Positions 57,372-64,000 of a stretch of 64,000 nt of DNA are shown piece after piece (the first letter of the stretch is position 1; the number at the start of each line of letters is the position of its first letter). Made by a program: the position numbers and the translations under genes. The stretch is from positions 215,106 through 279,105 of the forward strand of contig DYKG01000001.1 of NCBI GenBank assembly GCA_020722725.1, given 5' to 3'. The DNA is from Candidatus Methylomirabilis sp. GTDB lineage: Bacteria; Muiribacteriota; Ozemobacteria; Ozemobacterales; Ozemobacteraceae. The notes under the pieces were generated by a model that did not search any database, had not been told where the DNA came from, and worked only from the letters and a program-made list of their open reading frames with translations.

Positions 57372-59282
57372 TTACATCTTGTTCAGAATTCTGGCGCTGT
57401 TAACGATTACAAAAAGAGTCCCCAAATTGTGGGCGATCGCACCCCAGACCGGGGTTATCATTCCTGCTGAAGCCAGAACTATCATGAGAAGGCTGAAGCC
57501 TCCACCAATGATGACGTTCTCATGAATTGTTCTGATAATTCTTCGCGAAAGACTGAACATGAACGGAATATGGATCAGACTGTCGTCGCGCAGAGTGACA
57601 TCAGAGCTTTGAATTGCAATGTCAGCGCCGCCCGAACCAAAGGCAATCCCGATGTCGCTGGCCTTGAGTGCCAGGGCGTCGTTTATTCCATCGCCGATGA
57701 ACATAACTTTCTTGCCTTGTTTTTTGCAGGTCTGCACGAAATCAAGTTTATCCTGTGGCAGACATTCTGCCTTAACCACATCAAATTTGAACAATCTGCC
57801 GATCTGCCCGGCTACATTGCTCTTGTCACCGGTGAGTAAAACCATTTCTTTAACGCCTTTTTCCCGACTCTTCTGAAGAACTGTCTGCAGTTCCTTGCGT
57901 GGAAGGTCAGCCAGCGTAATTTTGCCGAGAATTCTGTTTCCTGATGAAACCCAGACTGCACTTGAGTTGTCTTCCTGGTCTTCACGGGGAGGCTTCAGGC
58001 CAAGCTCGGGGAAAATCCATTGCGCCTTGCCCAGTCGGAATTGGATATCGCCGCTTTCGGCCAGCACGCCTTTACCATGCAGTTCCATCTGGCGTTCTGC
58101 TTTGAGGTAGCCAAGATTCTTTTCTTCGCAGAGTCTTACGATTGCCTGGGAAACCGGATGCATCGAACCACTGGCGCAAACAGCAGCGGCGGCAATGACT
58201 TCATCTTTTTCATTCATTTTTTCAGGAAAAACATCGATCACCTGGAAAATGCCAGAAGTAATGGTTCCGGTTTTATCGAAAATCATGGTATCGACTTCTG
58301 AGATCGATTCGAGGAAGGTCGAGTTGCGAATCATGATTCCCCTCCTGGAAGCGACAACCAGAGCGGCAATCATGGCTGTGGGACTTGCCAGAACAAACGA
58401 GCAGGGGCAACTGATAACCAGAACGGTTACCAGTCTTGAAATTTCGTGGGTGAGAAAAAGTGCTGAAGCCGCTACCATGATTACCGTCGGGAAATAAAGA
58501 TCCAAATATTTTTCAATCATCTTGATTGCTGGAATTTTGGTTCTTCCTGCCTGGTCAAGCAGAGAAGCAATATTGTGAAGAAGGGTGTTTTCTGAAGTAC
58601 GACTCACTTCGACAATCAATTTTCCGTTTAAATTGATGGTTCCGGCAAAAATTTCTGAATCTTTGGCCGCCTCAACCGGGGATGATTCACCGGTAAGATG
58701 CGCCTGGTTAACCATTGACTGGCCCTTGATTACCCGCCCGTCAATCGGCACGGTTTCACCGGGATAAATTACGACATGATCGTTGATCTTCAGTTCGGTT
58801 ATCGCAACATCGGATTCTTTTCCATCTGAAGTTCGGTGCGCCATTTTTGATGCCAGATTTTTTAACGAATTTATCGCCTCTTCGATTCCGATTATGCTTT
58901 TTTCTTCCAGGATATGGCCGACTACCATGATAATCGGGATAATGGTTGCCGCCAGCATTTCTCCACTGACCATCAAAGCCATGGTAGCGAACATTACCAG
59001 TTGCTCGGTCATGAAACGGTTGCTTTTTTCAAAAAAACCTTTCAAACCATTGATTAAAATTGGAATGAAAACTGATATTGCCGCAATGAATATCAGCAGA
59101 TCACCAACCTGTGTCTGATCGGGAAAAGCCTGTTTGAAAATAAAACCGGCCAGGAGGAAAACTATTGCCAGCAAAGCATTGACGATTTTCAACTGAACAA
59201 TTTTGCCCAGGCCGCCGGCGTAGTCGGAAGAATCGATTGGGCTTGCAGGCATATTAACATTTGACGAAATGGCGTGTTTCAT
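57372..59282 (-). CDS. Heavy-metal-translocating P1B-type ATPase without N-terminal metal-binding (HMA) domain
   Basis: CPC transmembrane motif (VISCPCSFVLASP), DKTGTIT phosphorylation site and GDGINDA hinge. The 636-aa protein starts directly at the membrane domain. Confidence 0.85.
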   Translation of the reverse strand: MKHAISSNVNMPASPIDSSDYAGGLGKIVQLKIVNALLAIVFLLAGFIFKQAFPDQTQVGDLLIFIAAISVFIPILINGLKGFFEKSNRFMTEQLVMFATMALMVSGEMLAATIIPIIMVVGHILEEKSIIGIEEAINSLKNLASKMAHRTSDGKESDVAITELKINDHVVIYPGETVPIDGRVIKGQSMVNQAHLTGESSPVEAAKDSEIFAGTINLNGKLIVEVSRTSENTLLHNIASLLDQAGRTKIPAIKMIEKYLDLYFPTVIMVAASALFLTHEISRLVTVLVISCPCSFVLASPTAMIAALVVASRRGIMIRNSTFLESISEVDTMIFDKTGTITSGIFQVIDVFPEKMNEKDEVIAAAAVCASGSMHPVSQAIVRLCEEKNLGYLKAERQMELHGKGVLAESGDIQFRLGKAQWIFPELGLKPPREDQEDNSSAVWVSSGNRILGKITLADLPRKELQTVLQKSREKGVKEMVLLTGDKSNVAGQIGRLFKFDVVKAECLPQDKLDFVQTCKKQGKKVMFIGDGINDALALKASDIGIAFGSGGADIAIQSSDVTLRDDSLIHIPFMFSLSRRIIRTIHENVIIGGGFSLLMIVLASAGMITPVWGAIAHNLGTLFVIVNSARILNKM

Positions 59283-60349
59283 TTCCCCTGCTCCTGTTCC
59301 TGTTGCTGTTCTTCTGAATACAGCTGTTCCATATCCAACTGCGGGAGTGACGAACCTCTACTGTTGTCAAGAACGGTTGTGATGTAAGATGGGCAGTTTT
59401 GTGCATCGGGAATCAAGACCAGGCTGCTTATGGCAGCAAAAACCTTTTTACGTGCTTTTTCAAGCAGATCCCGGCGAATCTGTTCGGGGTTGCTTTTATA
59501 TGCCTCTGCCAGTTTGGTAAATGAAGTCGCCTTGGATTGTGCATCTGCTGTTATGTTCTGGCTGTAAGAATAGGCTTCATTGAGAATGCGGTCTTTTGAT
59601 GCCGATGCTTTTGGCAACAGTTCTTCTTTTCGACCGTTTGCCTCAGCGACAAATTTTTTGCTCTGAATGAAAGCGGTATTTACCTCTTCGAAGTCTTCTT
59701 TCAGTGGTGCCGGAGGTGTTACTTCGGTCAGTTCGAAAGAAATCAGAGTTATCCCGGTTTCGAGAGAATCAAGTTGCTGCTGGATCTGGTTTCTGGCAAG
59801 AACTGCAATTTTTTCCTTGCTTTCTGTCAGAATTCCATCAATATCAAAACCTGCAGCAATCTGAGATAGCTTCTGCACTGCGATGTCATGCAGCAGTTTA
59901 TCGAGGGTGAGAAAATCATTATGAAAATGAAAAATGGCTTTCACCGGCTCAGAAATTTGAAACTTGGCAATGGCTTTTACCTGGAAAATATTGCTGTCGC
60001 CACTTATGCAATAACCCTCGGTGGTCGCATCGATTGATTGCTGTTCTTTTGCATTCGGCTTATCGCTACCTGAAAGTTCAAGAATTTTAACCTCTCTGAT
60101 TCCTTTTTCCGAAATTCTGATAACTTCATCAAAAGGGTAGGGAAAAGCGAAAAGCCAGCCGGCACGATGAAGTTGCTCGGCCGGGTTGCTGCCGACCAGG
60201 CGGCCGAACCTCAGAACCATACCCACCTCTCCCGGTTTGATGAGAGAAACACCTGAAAATGTGTAGGCGATGAAAATAAGAACAATCAAAACCTTGACCA
60301 GGTTCATCAGATCATCGAAAGTTTCGTAAAACGCTCGACTTGGTTTCAT
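59279..60349 (-). CDS. SPFH/band-7 protein (HflK/HflC-like) paralog 3
   Basis: N-terminal transmembrane helix, PGEVGMVLRFGRL SPFH start, and a C-terminal coiled coil with an acidic QQQEQEQ tail. It overlaps the ATPase gene by 4 nt. Confidence 0.7.
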   Translation of the reverse strand: MKPSRAFYETFDDLMNLVKVLIVLIFIAYTFSGVSLIKPGEVGMVLRFGRLVGSNPAEQLHRAGWLFAFPYPFDEVIRISEKGIREVKILELSGSDKPNAKEQQSIDATTEGYCISGDSNIFQVKAIAKFQISEPVKAIFHFHNDFLTLDKLLHDIAVQKLSQIAAGFDIDGILTESKEKIAVLARNQIQQQLDSLETGITLISFELTEVTPPAPLKEDFEEVNTAFIQSKKFVAEANGRKEELLPKASASKDRILNEAYSYSQNITADAQSKATSFTKLAEAYKSNPEQIRRDLLEKARKKVFAAISSLVLIPDAQNCPSYITTVLDNSRGSSLPQLDMEQLYSEEQQQEQEQGK

Positions 60350-61239
60350 TTGGCCCCTTCCTCTTCTTCGCCTAACAGGGTTTTGAAAGGTTGCTGATCG
60401 CTGCGCAGAACGAAAATCGATCCTGCTCCTGAAACTTTTTCCGCGGCTTCCAATGACTTCACGAATTTGAAAAAATCTTTGCTTTCAAGATGAGCCCTGG
60501 CAAGAATTTCTGCCGATTCGCGGTCAGCCTGTCCCTTTATTTCGGCCGCTTTTCTGGTTGCTTCAGCCTTGATTTTTGCGATTTCAAGATCAGTTTCAGA
60601 AAGAATGATTGCGGCCTTCATTCTGCCTTCTGCCCGGTACTTTGAGGCGGCCTGATTGCGCTCGGCCCTCATCTGGCCAAAGATCGCCTCGACGTTTTTT
60701 TCAGGATACGCAAGCCTTTTGATTCCCAGTTCAGAAATTCTTATGCCGAAATCTTTCATGGCGCTTTCAGATATATCTTCTTTGATCTGGGTTTCGATCT
60801 GTCCAAGCTTTAGCTGCCGGGTGTCGGTAGAAACCAGATTTACCAGCTCGTAGCCGCCTATGACATTGTTTTTCGAACTTGAGATGAGGCTGTCTAGCTT
60901 TTCTTCAGCATTTCTGACATTTCCCAGGGCCTGAAGATATGCTAATGGATCATCGATCTGCCAGACGATATAAGTTAAAAGAATAATTGATTTTTTATCT
61001 CTGGTCAGGGTCTGGGTAAATCTAGTGTTATAAACTCTCTTTCTTGCATCGAAAACGTAGCTTTTGCCGATTGGCCAGGGCCATACAAAGTGTGGGCCAG
61101 ATTCTCGAATTATTTTATCTGGCTTGCCAAGACGGGTGGTAACAGCGAAATACCCCTGCGGAACCGGCAGAATAACAGCCTTGAAAATAAGCAGAGACAG
61201 TATCATCAGGCCGAGGCCCATTCTTAAAATGTAGTTCAT
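60346..61239 (-). CDS. SPFH/band-7 protein (HflC-like) paralog 2
   Basis: N-terminal transmembrane helix, an SPFH core, and an Ala/Lys/Glu-rich helical C-terminus (AASKYRAEGRMKAAI...). 4-nt overlap with the downstream gene. Confidence 0.7.
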   Translation of the reverse strand: MNYILRMGLGLMILSLLIFKAVILPVPQGYFAVTTRLGKPDKIIRESGPHFVWPWPIGKSYVFDARKRVYNTRFTQTLTRDKKSIILLTYIVWQIDDPLAYLQALGNVRNAEEKLDSLISSSKNNVIGGYELVNLVSTDTRQLKLGQIETQIKEDISESAMKDFGIRISELGIKRLAYPEKNVEAIFGQMRAERNQAASKYRAEGRMKAAIILSETDLEIAKIKAEATRKAAEIKGQADRESAEILARAHLESKDFFKFVKSLEAAEKVSGAGSIFVLRSDQQPFKTLLGEEEEGAK

Positions 61240-61249
61240 TCCGCTTCTC

Positions 61250-63016
61250 CTATTCTGTAATTCTTAAAATCAGGCGGTCCGAAGGCCTTAATAGACTTGG
61301 GTCGACAACAAAAAGCTTTTTGTTTTCTACCAATTTCTGCAGGCTTTCAAGTTTTAAACGAAATTTTGATAAATCCGGTGCGGCATTGAAACCGATTGAC
61401 TGACTGATAAAAGCCTGCCCCTGACCGGTGGCTTCGGCAATAGAGGTCAATGCCTGTCCCCTTGCTGCAAAAATTTCTCCCGCGGCAAAGGCTTTGTGCA
61501 TGTAACGGTTGTGAATTGATTCAGTCAAAGCGGCAAGTTCTGATGTGTTTTTATCGATCTGGGCGCTGATAACGTCTTCGAACACTGGCGCAACCTCAAT
61601 TGGCGGGTGCATGGCGAGAAAAACTATTTTTACTATGCGAATTCCGGTTTTTTTCTCATCAAGTTCTTTTTGAATGAGAGTTTTCAATGTTTCTGCAAAT
61701 TCGCGGCGGTCGCGGCCCATTATTGAGTCAAAGCTGCTGCAGACTGTTTCCCGGGTGACATAACGATAGGCGGCGGCGGTCAATAATTCGTCAGGATTCT
61801 GATAATTCATCAGGTAATCCCGCACCTGATCGATCTTATACATTATCTGACAATCAATTGAAATCAATTCAAGCCCGTCGCCTGCTACCAGATTGAAGTT
61901 TTCCTTGGCGTGGGATTTTGTCCAGATAATGTGGTTGGTTCCCTTGACCGGTTCAAACCCTATATTGGCAACACGAACTTCATCTTTTTTTATCAGTCGG
62001 TATTCACCGAAAGGCCAGGGCAACTTTGTTGTGATGCCAGGTTCAGCGAAATTCTCCGTGGTCATGCTGCCAAATCGATAAATGATTCCGGCTTCGTCAG
62101 GACCCACGATTACAAAAGAGGTAAGCAGCCATGCGAGTATCGTGGAAAAAAGTATTGCCGGTTCGAATACACTGAAAAGAAAAGCAACAACCCGGGATTG
62201 CTTCAGATCCAGTCCAAGTAAATCTTGAGAGAATCTGGAAAGGCTGGCAGCAAAAGATTCTTCGGCAAAAAATGCTCTTATCAGATATGATTCTTCCATG
62301 GGCTCAATACTGGCTGAAAAACTGGCCATGGAGCGGATTCGCCTGAGCGTGCCGATCAATGATTCAAAAGTTATGATTAAAACCGAAATGGTCATTCCTA
62401 TGAAAATTCCATCAGTAATTTGAAAAATTCGCAAATTGTAATAAAGCATTTCGCCGAAATAGTTCAATCCCTGTTGCAGTGACAGATTAAATATGTTGAT
62501 CAGAATGAAGAAATTCATGAAGCGCAGACGACAAAGCAATTTTTCTTCATACTGACTGACTTCTGATTGCTGAATCAATCGGCGTTCATACCTTATGCTG
62601 GTAAGCAGGGCAATATTGATTATCAGATTGAAAATGAAAACACCTGATGTTTCCGGATTAGCGTTTATTGAACCATTCAGTATTTTAAAAAGAGCGAGAA
62701 AGGCATAGACAAAGAGAATCAGCAAAGCAATGGTCGTGAAGACAAAGAGCAGTTTTCTTGCCTGTAAAATGTCCTTTTCATCAAGTTCGTTGGGGGCTGG
62801 CTTATCAAGGTGAAAACGAATGAGTCCTTGAATCGGTCTGGGAAAGCTTTCCAGGTAGAAGGGATCGAAGGAAAGGGTCGTGAACTTTTTTATGATTCCG
62901 TTGATCAGAAAGGGTAACAGGGCCAGCAGAAGAATATGCATTGAGGCGAGACCTGCCTGAACTGACAGGAACAGAAAACCGACCGTTCCCAGAAAAAAAG
63001 AAGTTTTTCTTGTCAT
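61250..63016 (-). CDS. SPFH/band-7 protein (HflK-like) with ~300-aa polytopic N-terminal membrane extension, paralog 1
   Basis: An SPFH core (GPDEAGIIYRFGS...) follows about eight N-terminal hydrophobic helices. Confidence 0.6.
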   Translation of the reverse strand: MTRKTSFFLGTVGFLFLSVQAGLASMHILLLALLPFLINGIIKKFTTLSFDPFYLESFPRPIQGLIRFHLDKPAPNELDEKDILQARKLLFVFTTIALLILFVYAFLALFKILNGSINANPETSGVFIFNLIINIALLTSIRYERRLIQQSEVSQYEEKLLCRLRFMNFFILINIFNLSLQQGLNYFGEMLYYNLRIFQITDGIFIGMTISVLIITFESLIGTLRRIRSMASFSASIEPMEESYLIRAFFAEESFAASLSRFSQDLLGLDLKQSRVVAFLFSVFEPAILFSTILAWLLTSFVIVGPDEAGIIYRFGSMTTENFAEPGITTKLPWPFGEYRLIKKDEVRVANIGFEPVKGTNHIIWTKSHAKENFNLVAGDGLELISIDCQIMYKIDQVRDYLMNYQNPDELLTAAAYRYVTRETVCSSFDSIMGRDRREFAETLKTLIQKELDEKKTGIRIVKIVFLAMHPPIEVAPVFEDVISAQIDKNTSELAALTESIHNRYMHKAFAAGEIFAARGQALTSIAEATGQGQAFISQSIGFNAAPDLSKFRLKLESLQKLVENKKLFVVDPSLLRPSDRLILRITE

Positions 63017-63102
63017 CGATGTTTCCCGGTTTATTGTTAAGTTGAGGATTCAGATTTAACTGAGAGGAATGGAGAAAATACAAAAAGACTAAAAGGGAGA
63101 AA

Positions 63103-63747
63103 TTAACTCTGAAAAGGTGGACTGCGAGCAATCAATTGTCGGAAAAGGCAATTGATAATCGTTGATATTGCAATCCAAGGCAAAAGACTGAAGCTATTCG
63201 ATACTTTTAAGAAAAACTGGTAACTGCTGAAAGAGGTTTTTTCCAGTGCGGTTAGAAAAGAGTTGAACGGGCACTGCCGGGATTTAACAAATTTTACCGG
63301 GCTGCAGATTGCTTCAACAGAAGTCTGCAAAGCTTTCAGCAAAAAACAGCCATCAGCTTCTTCGGGTAAAACATCGTGAAAAAAGTGTTCAGTGGTAGAT
63401 TCAAAAAATACCAGTGAAAATGTAATGAGAATTATGGCACAAATAAAGGCTTTCAGGTTTCGTATTTCTTTCACCCCGACATTATAATTGGCGCTCAGAT
63501 GCCTGTCAATAAACTTATAATATCCAGTTCGACGGGTGATTTTACTGTTTCTCTGTCTCTTGAATTGATTGAAAATTAGTTTTGTGGCACTCTGTTTAAA
63601 ATTGCTTAATACAGAAGGAATAGTATGAAAAAAAACAGGTTGGGAAAAACCGGCATCGAAGTTTCGCAACTGGCACTGGGAACTCTTACCATGAGTCCAA
63701 TGCAGCGTGGTTTGAGTGTTGATGATGGCTCGGCAGTCATTTTGCAT
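63103..63747 (-). CDS. Doubtful hypothetical ORF (214 aa)
   Basis: Long ORF, but it overlaps the 5' end of the convincing aldo/keto reductase gene on the other strand and has no recognisable motif. It may be non-coding. Confidence 0.15.
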   Translation of the reverse strand: MQNDCRAIINTQTTLHWTHGKSSQCQLRNFDAGFSQPVFFHTIPSVLSNFKQSATKLIFNQFKRQRNSKITRRTGYYKFIDRHLSANYNVGVKEIRNLKAFICAIILITFSLVFFESTTEHFFHDVLPEEADGCFLLKALQTSVEAICSPVKFVKSRQCPFNSFLTALEKTSFSSYQFFLKVSNSFSLLPWIAISTIINCLFRQLIARSPPFQS

Positions 63748-64000
63748 GCCCTGACCAAAGGAATCAATTTTATCGACACCGCCCAGATGTATGGCTCTTA
63801 TCCGCAGGTTGGAGCCGCATTACAGAAATGGCTCGGGCCTGAACCGGTAATTGCCTCAAAGTCTGCTATCAAGACCTATGACGGAATGATGCAGGCGATT
63901 GAAGACTGCTGTAAAGCCCTGCATCGCAAAACTATTGATATTTTTCTGCTGCATGCGGTTCGTGATGCTGCTGATCTTCAGTCTCGCGAAGGGGCTTTGA
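63625..64000 (+). CDS. Aldo/keto reductase, 3' end beyond the window
   Basis: A GAAGGA Shine-Dalgarno precedes ATG 63625. MKKNRLGKTGIEVSQLALGT...INFIDTAQMYG is the AKR N-terminal signature. The frame is open to the window end. Confidence 0.8.
   Translation, partial: MKKNRLGKTGIEVSQLALGTLTMSPMQRGLSVDDGSAVILHALTKGINFIDTAQMYGSYPQVGAALQKWLGPEPVIASKSAIKTYDGMMQAIEDCCKALHRKTIDIFLLHAVRDAADLQSREGAL

Noticed and set aside
63103-63747. 214-aa minus-strand ORF as a real gene
   Set aside because: It overlaps the 5' end of a convincing aldo/keto reductase gene with Shine-Dalgarno on the opposite strand, and it has no recognisable features. I kept it only as a low-confidence feature.

Overview
This 64-kb window looks like chromosomal DNA from a bacterium with moderate GC content (by eye). 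Shine-Dalgarno sites are present, several adjacent genes overlap by 4 nt, and I found no rRNA, tRNA, CRISPR array, IS element, integrase or prophage signature. Housekeeping genes are easy to recognise: ahcY, pncA, an ABC-F ATPase, clpS-clpA, a gap-pgk-tpiA operon, a cmk-rpsA fusion, aroA, a sigma-54 two-component pair and a P1B-type ATPase with three SPFH paralogs. Among them sit several accessory modules I cannot tie to described systems. (1) Two paralogous three-gene modules at 14180-18386 and 42985-46945 each encode a giant GspK-like protein of 650-880 aa, a GspI-like pilin and a GspJ-like pilin with a long acidic C-terminal extension. This resembles an orphan, duplicated type II secretion / type IV filament tip complex. 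Each module is preceded by a helical-repeat membrane protein, and one lies divergent to a PilS/PilR-like sigma-54 two-component pair. (2) A tightly coupled minus-strand operon at 26173-30948 resembles dltABC: an adenylating ligase, an MBOAT-like membrane protein and a carrier protein. A B12-binding radical SAM enzyme replaces DltD. (3) A P-loop ATPase, a membrane protein with an FHA-like domain and a PP2C phosphatase cluster at 2-3812. (4) A polytopic membrane domain is fused to a CsaB-type polysaccharide pyruvyl transferase at 5233-8253. Signs of local gene decay include a truncated SLC12-like permease and a 43-codon remnant of a glucosaminidase gene. All calls come from reading the translations and sequence by eye. 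No database search or computation was run.
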